From assembly GCF_000026545.1 (NCBI RefSeq), contig NC_011601.1: a stretch of 64,000 nucleotides of DNA, one strand, 5' to 3'. Below are positions 37,009 to 48,931 of this stretch, piece after piece (positions within the stretch are counted from its first letter, which is position 1; the number at the start of each line of letters is the position of its first letter). This DNA is from Escherichia coli O127:H6 str. E2348/69 (GTDB lineage: Bacteria; Pseudomonadota; Gammaproteobacteria; Enterobacterales; Enterobacteriaceae). The notes under the pieces were generated by a model, which searched no databases, had not been told where the DNA came from, and was given only the letters and a program-made list of their open reading frames with translations. The position numbers were made by a program, and so were the translations under genes.

Positions 37009-37024
37009 TGTGATTACTCTCACA
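37009..37024. promoter_or_regulatory. Consensus CRP binding site in the divergent promoter between the Cys-rich gene and nucleotidase paralog 3
   Basis: TGTGA-TTACTC-TCACA, a perfect match to both CRP half-sites with 6-bp spacer, ~55-70 bp from both divergent start codons. Confidence 0.6.
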
Positions 37025-37077
37025 TAAATAAGTCTTTCAGAACGTAATGTAGCAATCCTTTATCTCACTGAAAGGGA

Positions 37078-38637
37078 TTGTTTATGAAAATTAAAATACT
37101 TGCTGCGGGTATCGCATTAACACTGCCGTTCTGGGCTTGCGCTAAAGATGTCACTATTATTTATACCAACGACCTCCATGCGCATGTAGAACCTTATAAA
37201 GTGCCGTGGATCGCTGACGGTAAACGGGATATTGGCGGCTGGGCAAATATCACTACGCTGGTTAAGCAAGAAAAAGCAAAAAATAAAGCGACATGGTTTT
37301 TTGATGCGGGCGACTATTTTACCGGGCCATATATCAGCAGCCTGACCAAAGGTAAGGCTATTATCGATATTATGAATACTATGCCGTTTGATGCCGTCAC
37401 AATAGGCAACCATGAATTTGACCACGGCTGGGACAACACATTATTACAGTTGAGCCAGGCAAAATTCCCTATTGTGCAGGGCAATATTTTTTATCAGAAC
37501 AGCAGTAAATCATTCTGGGATAAGCCCTATACCATCATCGAAAAAGACGGCGTGAAAATTGGCGTTATAGGTTTGCACGGAGTATTTGCCTTCAATGATA
37601 CGGTATCTGCTGCCACGCGCGTGGGTATTGAAGCGCGCGATGAAATTAAATGGCTACAACGTTATATCGATGAACTCAAAGGCAAGGTTGATTTGACCGT
37701 CGCCCTGATCCACGAAGGTGTTCCAGCCCGCCAGTCCAGTATGGGAGGCACAGATGTGCGTCGCGCGTTGGATAAAGATATTCAGACGGCAAGTCAGGTG
37801 AAAGGGCTGGATATTTTGATCACCGGACATGCACATGTGGGTACGCCGGAACCGATTAAAGTCGGCAATACGCTCATCCTCTCCACTGACAGCGGCGGGA
37901 TTGATGTGGGCAAACTGGTTCTCGACTACAAAGAGAAGCCGCATAATTTTACGGTGAAAAACTTCGAGCTTAAAACCATTTACGCTGACGAGTGGAAGCC
38001 CGATCTGCAAACGAAACAGGTGATCGACGGCTGGAATAAAAAGCTTGATGAAGTGGTGCAACAAACGGTGGCGCAATCGCCGGTTGAATTAAAACGTGCC
38101 TATGGTGAATCGGCTTCCCTCGGGAACCTGGCGGCTGACGCCTTACTGGCAGCAGCGGGTAAAAATACCCAACTGGCTTTAACAAACTCTGGTGGTATCC
38201 GCAATGAGATCCCCGCAGGGGCGATCACGATGGGCGGCGTCATCAGTACCTTCCCGTTCCCCAACGAACTGGTGACGATGGAACTCACGGGTAAACAATT
38301 ACGCAGTCTGATGGAACACGGCGCAAGTTTAAGCAATGGCGTTTTACAGGTATCGAAAGGCCTGGAAATGAAGTACGACAGCAGCAAGCCGGTTGGTCAG
38401 CGGGTAATCACACTGACTCTGAATGGCAAACCCATTGAAGATGCGACGGTTTATCACATTGCTACTCAGAGTTTCCTTGCTGATGGTGGAGATGGTTTTA
38501 CCGCCTTTACCGAAGGGAAAGCGCGTAACACAACGGGCGGTTATTACGTTTATCACGCGGTGGTTGATTACTTCAAAGCGGGCAACACCATTACGGATGA
38601 ACAGCTCAACGGTATGCGCGTGAAGGATATCAAATAA
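37078..38637 (+). CDS. Secreted UshA-like bifunctional metallophosphatase/5'-nucleotidase, paralog 3
   Basis: 519-aa ORF; signal peptide ...FWACA|KDV; motifs [33 protein letters not shown]; closest to paralog 1. Confidence 0.8.
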   Translation: MFMKIKILAAGIALTLPFWACAKDVTIIYTNDLHAHVEPYKVPWIADGKRDIGGWANITTLVKQEKAKNKATWFFDAGDYFTGPYISSLTKGKAIIDIMNTMPFDAVTIGNHEFDHGWDNTLLQLSQAKFPIVQGNIFYQNSSKSFWDKPYTIIEKDGVKIGVIGLHGVFAFNDTVSAATRVGIEARDEIKWLQRYIDELKGKVDLTVALIHEGVPARQSSMGGTDVRRALDKDIQTASQVKGLDILITGHAHVGTPEPIKVGNTLILSTDSGGIDVGKLVLDYKEKPHNFTVKNFELKTIYADEWKPDLQTKQVIDGWNKKLDEVVQQTVAQSPVELKRAYGESASLGNLAADALLAAAGKNTQLALTNSGGIRNEIPAGAITMGGVISTFPFPNELVTMELTGKQLRSLMEHGASLSNGVLQVSKGLEMKYDSSKPVGQRVITLTLNGKPIEDATVYHIATQSFLADGGDGFTAFTEGKARNTTGGYYVYHAVVDYFKAGNTITDEQLNGMRVKDIK

Positions 38638-38947
38638 AAGTGCGCACTGAATTGACTCAACCGTTTGTTACCCGTTGATTGCGCAGATCCTGTATTCGGC
38701 CTACGCGAGGGCGCAGGCCGAATCAGATGCCTTAGCATCACCATCCGGTGGCAGGACGTTGTTTTTAGAATTAGCCCAGGTGTCGCTGTGTTGTCAGAAT
38801 ATGAGTCAAAACGTGCGAGGTGGATTGCGCTATAGAGAAATCTTTTATCGCCTCTAATTAAGATGAGTTTTTTTCATCTTCCCTGATTTTTCCTCACCAT
38901 CATTGGTTATTTTTCGGTTGACGCCCTTCGGCTTTTCCTTCATCTTT

Positions 38948-38978
38948 ACATCTGGACGTCTAAACGGATAGATGTGCA
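38948..38978. promoter_or_regulatory. MetJ operator (met boxes) upstream of metF
   Basis: ACATCTGGACGTCTAAACGGATAGATGTGCAC contains tandem met-box-like octamers including GACGTCT. Confidence 0.7.
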
Positions 38979-39015
38979 CAACACAACATATAACGATAAG
39001 CGATTGATGAGGTAA

Positions 39016-39909
<894 letters not shown>

Positions 39910-40183
39910 ATAGTGTGCCTTTTGTGAAAATCACACAGTGTTCACAAATTTTAAACAGAGCACAAAATGCTGCCTCGAAATGAGGGCGGGAAAATAAGGT
40001 TATCAGCCTTGTTTTCGCCTTCATTACTTGAAGGGTACCAGGCTAAAACCTTTTCTTATAAAGCATTCTGCCGAAATCAGACATACTCATAAAGGCTTAA
40101 TTACGATCAATTTGATCTACATCTCTTTAACCAACAATATGTAAGATCTCAACTATCGCATCCGTGGATTAATTCAATTATAA

Positions 40184-42418
<2,235 letters not shown>

Positions 42419-42511
42419 TCTGACCTTCTTCAGCGACTGCCTTGCATGCAGTCGCTGAAGTTTCTTTACCGGCGTATAGTGTCCACAGGAAAACTACACA
42501 CTGGATCTCTC

Positions 42512-43417
42512 ATGTCTGCCGCAGGAAAGAGCAACCCACTGGCAATCAGTGGCCTGGTTGTGCTCACACTTATCTGGAGTTATAGCTGGATTTTCATGAA
42601 GCAAGTCACCAGCTACATCGGTGCCTTCGACTTCACCGCCTTACGCTGCATTTTCGGTGCTCTCGTTTTATTCATCGTCCTTTTATTACGTGGTCGCGGA
42701 ATGCGCCCGACGCCGTTTAAATACACCTTAGCCATTGCCCTGTTACAAACCTGCGGGATGGTTGGCCTGGCACAGTGGGCGCTGGTCAGCGGCGGAGCGG
42801 GGAAGGTGGCAATCCTGAGCTATACCATGCCGTTCTGGGTGGTAATTTTCGCCGCGTTGTTTCTCGGTGAACGCCTGCGACGTGGGCAATATTTCGCGAT
42901 ACTGATTGCCGCTTTCGGCTTATTTTTGGTGTTGCAGCCGTGGCAACTCGATTTCTCTTCGATGAAAAGTGCCATGCTGGCAATCCTCTCCGGTGTGAGT
43001 TGGGGGGCGAGCGCGATTGTTGCTAAACGTCTGTATGCCCGCCATCCGCGCGTGGATTTATTGTCGCTAACATCCTGGCAGATGCTGTATGCGGCGCTGG
43101 TGATGAGCGTGGTCGCTTTACTGGTGCCGCAACGTGAAATTGACTGGCAACCCACCGTGTTCTGGGCGCTGGCCTACAGTGCGATTCTGGCGACAGCGCT
43201 GGCCTGGAGCTTATGGTTGTTTGTATTGAAAAACTTGCCTGCCAGTATTGCCAGCTTAAGCACACTGGCCGTTCCCGTTTGCGGCGTACTCTTTTCCTGG
43301 TGGCTGCTCGGTGAGAATCCGGGGGCAGTTGAAGGTAGCGGTATTGTGCTGATTGTACTGGCACTGGCGCTGGTGAGCCGTAAGAAAAAAGAAGCCGTCA
43401 GTGTAAAAAGGATCTGA
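42512..43417 (+). CDS. yijE: EamA-family (DMT) inner-membrane transporter YijE
   Basis: ORF 42446..43417; internal start [26 protein letters not shown] gives 301 aa; ten predicted TM helices. Confidence 0.88.
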
Positions 43418-43443
43418 ATTTTTTCTTCATGTGGGGCGATCGC

Positions 43444-44061
43444 TTATTTAGCAAAATACCGATAGTGCCCCACCATCCGCCAGCTAAACAGTACATCTTC
43501 TTCCTGCGCGCCTGCGCCAATGTTATGTATCACCAGCGGCGTACCGTCGCGGGCGAAGCCATCTGACACCACCCCAATATGTGCCAGCCCGTTATCTAAT
43601 CGCCAGGAGACAATATCGCCCGCTTGATAGTCACCGGGGGTCTTGCTGGTGGGGCGTGTTTTATCGTGGCGGGTAAACCAGGTTTCCAGATTAGGCACCC
43701 GACGGTGATCGATGTTGCTGTCCGGGCGCTTTAACTGCCATTTTTGCGGGTACTCAGCAAAATTCTTCGCCATATCTTCGTGAACCAGTTTCTGCAAATC
43801 GACCTTCTGGCTGCGCAATGCTCGGATCACCACATCAGAACAAACACCGCGTTCTTGCGGGACATCACCGCCAGGATAGGTAAGCCGCACATACGCCGGA
43901 TCGTAAAATAGCGTGCTGCCGATTTGCTGTCTGGCACCGTCCGCGATGGCAAGGTTGGTGTTGGCCTGGATTTGTACCACGGTTGGTTGAATGGCGGGAG
44001 ATTTTAAGGAGTAACTGGTAAATACCGTCAGAAGACTGAACAACGCCAGTGAAGCTTTCAT
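43444..44061 (-). CDS. yijF: Secreted DUF1287-family protein YijF
   Basis: ORF 43444..44160; internal start MKASLALFSLLTVFTSYSLKSPA (signal peptide) gives 205 aa. Confidence 0.85.
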   Translation of the reverse strand: MKASLALFSLLTVFTSYSLKSPAIQPTVVQIQANTNLAIADGARQQIGSTLFYDPAYVRLTYPGGDVPQERGVCSDVVIRALRSQKVDLQKLVHEDMAKNFAEYPQKWQLKRPDSNIDHRRVPNLETWFTRHDKTRPTSKTPGDYQAGDIVSWRLDNGLAHIGVVSDGFARDGTPLVIHNIGAGAQEEDVLFSWRMVGHYRYFAK

Positions 44062-44248
44062 CTGTTTCGTCCGTGAAAAAATATTCACAGATTCGACCTT
44101 CAGGGCTAACGATTGTTCTGTGGAGAAAATGTCCAGAAGCGGATAAAAAAAACCGAACAAGGTGGAAGTTTCAGATTACTGGCACAGCGTGCCGGATACG
44201 GCGTGATGAACTGCACCCCAAATGTTGGACATAATCTGACATCTGAAG

Positions 44249-44779
44249 GTGCAGTTTATGAAACATTCATTTGAAGTAAAACTTGCCGCTGTAAATCATT
44301 ACCTGGCTGGTCATGCAGGCATCATTTCTACGGCAAAACTCTTTCAACTTTCTCACACCAGCCTCTCACACTGGATTAATCTTTTTCTTCTTCACGGTCC
44401 TCGGGCACTGGATTGCAGACACAAGCGTAGCTATTCTCCTGAAGATAAACTTTGCGTGGTTCTTTATGCTCTCGGGCATTCTGAGTCTCTACCCCGGGTA
44501 GCTGCCCGGTTTAACATTCCCAGCCACAACACGGTTAAAAACTGGATAAAAGGCTACCGCAAATCTGGTAATGAGGCCTTTATCAGGTGCAGGAAGGAGA
44601 AAAGCATGACCCGTTCTGATGATACCCATGAAAACGAGGCAAACATGACGCCGGAAGAGATGAAGAATGAGCTGCGTTATCTTCGCGCAGAAAATGCATA
44701 TCTGAAAGCCATGCAGGAGCATCTTCTGGAAAAAAAGCGCCAGGAGCTGGAGAAAAAACGAAAGTCATCCAGAGCCTGA
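44249..44779 (+). CDS. IS3-family transposase OrfA (HTH DNA-binding subunit)
   Basis: 176-aa ORF with N-terminal HTH and C-terminal leucine-zipper-like region (NELRYLRAENAYLKAMQEHL); architecture resembles IS150 InsJ. Confidence 0.8.
   Translation: MQFMKHSFEVKLAAVNHYLAGHAGIISTAKLFQLSHTSLSHWINLFLLHGPRALDCRHKRSYSPEDKLCVVLYALGHSESLPRVAARFNIPSHNTVKNWIKGYRKSGNEAFIRCRKEKSMTRSDDTHENEANMTPEEMKNELRYLRAENAYLKAMQEHLLEKKRQELEKKRKSSRA
44729..44735 (+). promoter_or_regulatory. Programmed -1 ribosomal frameshift heptamer A AAA AAG of the IS3-family element
   Basis: Heptamer lies in the orfA frame ~45 nt before the orfA stop; the -1 frame is open from here into the OrfB-like sequence. Confidence 0.65.
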
Positions 44780-45321
44780 GGTACGGACACTGCCAGTCTG
44801 ACCTGTTAAAGGCCGCAGGGCTGGCCAGAAGCACGCTGTACTACCAGCTGTCACTGCAGAAGGCTAAGGACAAGTATGCTGATGTGAAACAGCTCATAGC
44901 CTCCATCTTCCATGAACACCGGGGATGTTATGGGTACCGGCGGATCCATTGTGAGCTTCAGAAAAGAGGTCTTAAGTTCAGTGGCAAAACGGTGCGAAAA
45001 CTGATGCAACAGCTCGGCCTGAAGTCTCCTGTGCGCCTGAAGAAATACCGGTCTTACCGGGGAAATATGGGACTCGCTGCAGAAAATATCCTTCAGCGAC
45101 AGTTCAAAGCGGAAGCTCCCTGTGAGAAATGGGTGACAGATATCACCGAATTCAGGGCTGGCGGACAAAAACTGTACCTGTCCCCGATACTTGATTTGTT
45201 TAACGGGGAAATCGTGGCGTGGGAAACGGCCTGCAGGCCTACAGAGGAGCTGGTGAAGCGGATGTTAAATAAGGGGCTGGAAAGCCTTGCTGAAGGGGAG
45301 AAACCGCTGCTCCACAGTGAT
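44729..45321 (+). pseudogene. IS3-family transposase OrfB (DDE integrase core), N-terminal segment interrupted by an IS110-family insertion
   Basis: -1 frame is open from the A AAA AAG slippery site; translation ...YGYRRIHCELQKRG...KWVTDITEF...PLLHSD resembles IS150 InsK and then abruptly diverges at residue D. Confidence 0.75.
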
Positions 45322-46696
45322 AGTAATAATGCCGGTATCAGTTTTTATCATCACTCTGTTTGCTGTTTAACCAGACTGGTGTGATTACTGATGCAGTGAA
45401 GACCTTCCCGCATCCTGACTCACACAGCGATCGACCCTTTGTGTCCTGCCCTGGACCTGTCGGTTGCCGGAAGCGCCTTCATGCGAGGCGTCTCCTCACC
45501 GATGCGCGTGACTCAAGAAGGGCCTGACGGTTTGTCTCGTTACTGTCCTGTCCGGGTTATCTGTCTGGAGATTCAACTCTGTTTCCTCACAGGAGCTCTG
45601 TTATGGCAGGTAAAGTTACGGAAACCGCTGTTGTGGGTGGCGTGGATACACATAAAAATCTGCACGTTGCCGCTGTCGTAGATCAGAACAATAAAGTTCT
45701 GGGGACCCAGTTTTTCTCCACAACACGGCAAGGTTACCGGCAGATGCTGGCATGGATGACTTCGTTTGGGGCATTAAAGCGAATTGGTGTTGAGTGTACA
45801 GGCACCTATGGATCAGGTCTGCTTCGCTATTTACAGAATGCCGGGTTAGACGTTCTTGAGGTGACTGCGCCAGATCGGATGGAGCGACGCAAACGGGGTA
45901 AAAGTGACACGATTGATGCTGAATGTGCCGCTCACGCCGCATTCTCCGGAATAAGAACCGTCACACCCAAAACGCGCAATGGCATGATTGAGTCTCTGCG
46001 GGTATTAAAAACTTGCCGAAAAACAGCAATATCAGCCCGCAGAGTCGCTCTCCAGATTATCCATTCCAATATTATCTCTGCCCCGGATGAATTACGTGAA
46101 CAGCTCAGAAATATGACGCGTATGCAGCTCATCAGGACTCTGGGATCCTGGCGGCCTGATGCCAGTGAATACCGCAATGTTACCAACGTTTATCGTATTT
46201 CATTAAAGTCCCTTGCCCGACGCTATCTCGAGTTACATGACGAAATCGCTGATTTGGATGTCATGATTGCGGCAATTGTCGATGAGCTGGCGCCTGAACT
46301 GATTAAACGTAATGCTATTGGATACGAAAGCGCTTCGCAGTTGCTGATCACGGCAGGAGACAATCCCCAACGATTAAGATCAGAATCAGGTTTTGCGGCA
46401 CTGTGTGGTGTCAGCCCTGTTCCCGTATCTTCAGGAAAAACGAATCGTTATCGACTTAACCGGGGTGGAGATCGTGCTGCAAATAGTGCACTTCACATCA
46501 TTGCCATCGGACGTTTGCGAACTGACGATAAAACGAAGGAATATGTCGCCAGACGAGTAGCGGAAGGGCATACAAAAATGGAAGCAATACGCTGCCTGAA
46601 GCGCTATATCTCACGCGAAGTTTATACATTACTGCGTAATCAAAACAGGCAGATCAACAGCATCCCGATAACGGCTTGACTCTTAGAAGGGCGTCC
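45322..46696 (+). mobile_element. IS110-family insertion sequence (about 1.37 kb) nested inside the IS3-family orfB
   Basis: Boundaries inferred from the exact interruption of the IS3 OrfB reading frame (PLLHSD | QGWHYR); contains a ~280-bp non-coding left end and a single transposase gene; no terminal inverted repeats evident, as is typical for IS110 family. Confidence 0.7.
45603..46679 (+). CDS. IS110-family transposase (DEDD/RuvC-like N-terminal domain plus C-terminal transposase domain)
   Basis: 358-aa ORF MAGKVTETAVVGGVDTHKNLHVAAVVDQNNKVLG...GVECTGTYGSGL...; the VGIDxxK / ECTG motif pattern typical of IS110/IS621-type transposases. Confidence 0.85.
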   Translation: MAGKVTETAVVGGVDTHKNLHVAAVVDQNNKVLGTQFFSTTRQGYRQMLAWMTSFGALKRIGVECTGTYGSGLLRYLQNAGLDVLEVTAPDRMERRKRGKSDTIDAECAAHAAFSGIRTVTPKTRNGMIESLRVLKTCRKTAISARRVALQIIHSNIISAPDELREQLRNMTRMQLIRTLGSWRPDASEYRNVTNVYRISLKSLARRYLELHDEIADLDVMIAAIVDELAPELIKRNAIGYESASQLLITAGDNPQRLRSESGFAALCGVSPVPVSSGKTNRYRLNRGGDRAANSALHIIAIGRLRTDDKTKEYVARRVAEGHTKMEAIRCLKRYISREVYTLLRNQNRQINSIPITA

Positions 46697-47012
<316 letters not shown>

Positions 47013-47100
47013 GTGAACGCCTTATCCGGCCTACAAAAGTACGTAAATTTACTATATTGCAGAGATTGCGTAGGCCTGATAAGCGTAGCGCATCAGGCAA
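47013..47100. repeat. REP/BIME repeat cluster immediately right of the IS insertion (yijF-gldA intergenic)
   Basis: GTGAACGCCTTATCCGGCCTAC...TGCGTAGGCCTGATAAGCGTAGCGCATCAGGCA. Confidence 0.75.
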
Positions 47101-47143
47101 TTTTGCGTTCAAACTCCCGGACAAGCCGGGAGTTTGGAGTAGG

Positions 47144-48247
47144 TTATTCCCACTCTTGCAGGAAACGCTGACCATACTGGTCGGCTACCAGCAGTGCGGC
47201 GTAAACCTGATCTGGTGTCGCGCCGCCAGGCATGTTGTGGATGGTTTCACCTTCTGCACATGCCGCTTCTGCCACAATTCGCATTTTCGCCGGGACATCT
47301 TCTTTAATATCCAGTTGAGCGAGAGTTATTGGCAAACCTACCGCATGGCTAAGCGCAGCTACGGTTTCGATTTCCTCCACCGGCGCGTTTTCCAGAACCA
47401 GCTGCGTCAGCGTACCGAATGCCACTTTTTCACCATGATAATAGTGATGCGCGTCCGGGATAGCGGTCAGGCCGTTATGCACTGCGTGCGCCGCCGCCAG
47501 CCCGCCGCTTTCAAAACCAACACCGCTCAAATAGGTGTTCGCTTCAATCACGCGTTCCAGCGCCGGAGTCACTACATGCTGTTCGGCGGCAAGCATCGCT
47601 TTTTCGCCTTCTTCCAGCAGCGTGTTGTAGCACAGTTCTGCCAGTGCCAGCGCCGCCTGGGTGCACTTGCCGCCCGCCATGGTGGTCGCGCCGCTACGAG
47701 AGCAAGCACGCGCTTCAAACCAGGTTGCCAGCGCATCGCCGATACCCGCCGCTAACAGACGTGCAGGTGCGCCAGCGACGATTTTGGTGTCGACAATGAC
47801 CATATTCGGGTTATTTGGCAACAGCAGATAGCGGTCAAACTCACCATCATCGGTGTAGATAACAGACAATGCGCTGCATGGTGCATCGGTAGAGGCGATA
47901 GTCGGTGCGATCGCTACCGGAACACCCATGAAATGTGCCAGTGCTTTGGCAGTATCGAGGGTTTTTCCGCCACCGATACCGAGAATTGCGCCACACTGCG
48001 CAGTCTCCGCGATGCCACGCAGACGGTCGATCTCATTTTGCGAACATTCACCGCCAAACGGCGCAATTTCTACTACCAGTCCAGCATCTTTAAAACTTTT
48101 CTCGACAGTGGATTGAGCAAAACCTAAAACAAATTTGTCACCCACCACTAACCAGCGTTCTGCCAGCGGCTTCAGGTATTCGCCCAGACGATTAATCACA
48201 TCAGCGCCCTGGATGTATTTACCCGGTGATTGAATAATGCGGTCCAT
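47144..48247 (-). CDS. gldA: Glycerol dehydrogenase
   Basis: ORF 47144..48286; canonical start [24 protein letters not shown] gives 367 aa ending ...RFLQEWE. Confidence 0.93.
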   Translation of the reverse strand: MDRIIQSPGKYIQGADVINRLGEYLKPLAERWLVVGDKFVLGFAQSTVEKSFKDAGLVVEIAPFGGECSQNEIDRLRGIAETAQCGAILGIGGGKTLDTAKALAHFMGVPVAIAPTIASTDAPCSALSVIYTDDGEFDRYLLLPNNPNMVIVDTKIVAGAPARLLAAGIGDALATWFEARACSRSGATTMAGGKCTQAALALAELCYNTLLEEGEKAMLAAEQHVVTPALERVIEANTYLSGVGFESGGLAAAHAVHNGLTAIPDAHHYYHGEKVAFGTLTQLVLENAPVEEIETVAALSHAVGLPITLAQLDIKEDVPAKMRIVAEAACAEGETIHNMPGGATPDQVYAALLVADQYGQRFLQEWE

Positions 48248-48257
48248 AATTGCTCCT

Positions 48258-48920
48258 TTAGAGATGAGTAGTGCCAAATGCGGCATTCCAGTCGTGTTCG
48301 AACTTCTCTATAGCTGACTCTACCGCAGGGGTGTTGAGCATTTGTTGCGCTACATCTAAGGGCAGGGTGATGGATTCACATCCTGCCAGTAAACAGTCCA
48401 GCGCCTGACGCGGCGTTTTAAAGCTGGCCGCCAGCACCATGCTTTCTGGTGCGTGCATTTCTAACAGCGCTTGCAGCTCCTGAACCGTACGAATGCCGTC
48501 ACCGCCCTGGGCGTCGACGCGGTTAACATACGGAGCAACGTATTTTGCCCCTGCCAGTGCGGCTAATAACCCTTGTGCGGCGCTATATACAGCGGTGCCA
48601 AGTGTAGTAATACCCTCTTTTTTCAGCATTTTAATGGCGGCAAGACCTTCGGAAGTTACCGGGATTTTCACCACAATGCCCGGAATGGCGTCGCGCAGGC
48701 GCTTCGCTTCTTCCACCATACCCTGCGCGTCACGACTCATGGTCTGAGCAAACAAAATACCCTCATCACCAATCGCTTTTTGCAAACGCGGCAGCACTTC
48801 CCAGATGGACTCCTTGCTGGCCGCGATAATGCTCGGGTTAGTTGTCACCCCGGCAATCGGGAATATGCGTGCCAGACGTTCGACTTCTGCGACGTTAGCG
48901 GTGTCCAGATACAGTTCCAT
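48258..48920 (-). CDS. fsaB: Fructose-6-phosphate aldolase 2
   Basis: 220-aa [34 protein letters not shown]; transaldolase-like fold. Confidence 0.93.
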   Translation of the reverse strand: MELYLDTANVAEVERLARIFPIAGVTTNPSIIAASKESIWEVLPRLQKAIGDEGILFAQTMSRDAQGMVEEAKRLRDAIPGIVVKIPVTSEGLAAIKMLKKEGITTLGTAVYSAAQGLLAALAGAKYVAPYVNRVDAQGGDGIRTVQELQALLEMHAPESMVLAASFKTPRQALDCLLAGCESITLPLDVAQQMLNTPAVESAIEKFEHDWNAAFGTTHL

Positions 48921-48931
48921 GATGTTTCCTT

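Noticed and set aside
31270-38650. Possibility that the metL-metF island is a prophage remnant or integrative element
   Set aside because: No integrase, recombinase, tRNA or tmRNA attachment site, phage structural genes or obvious flanking direct repeats are visible. The content is metabolic and envelope-related, so I treat it as a non-phage accessory locus.
44313-44501. 62-aa ORF in an alternative frame within the IS3-family orfA
   Set aside because: Fully contained in the orfA coding region in another frame with no independent support.
45439-45681. 80-aa ORF spanning the IS110-family left non-coding end and the transposase start
   Set aside because: It overlaps the transposase start in another frame and has no recognisable features. 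The region is more plausibly non-coding or RNA-encoding.
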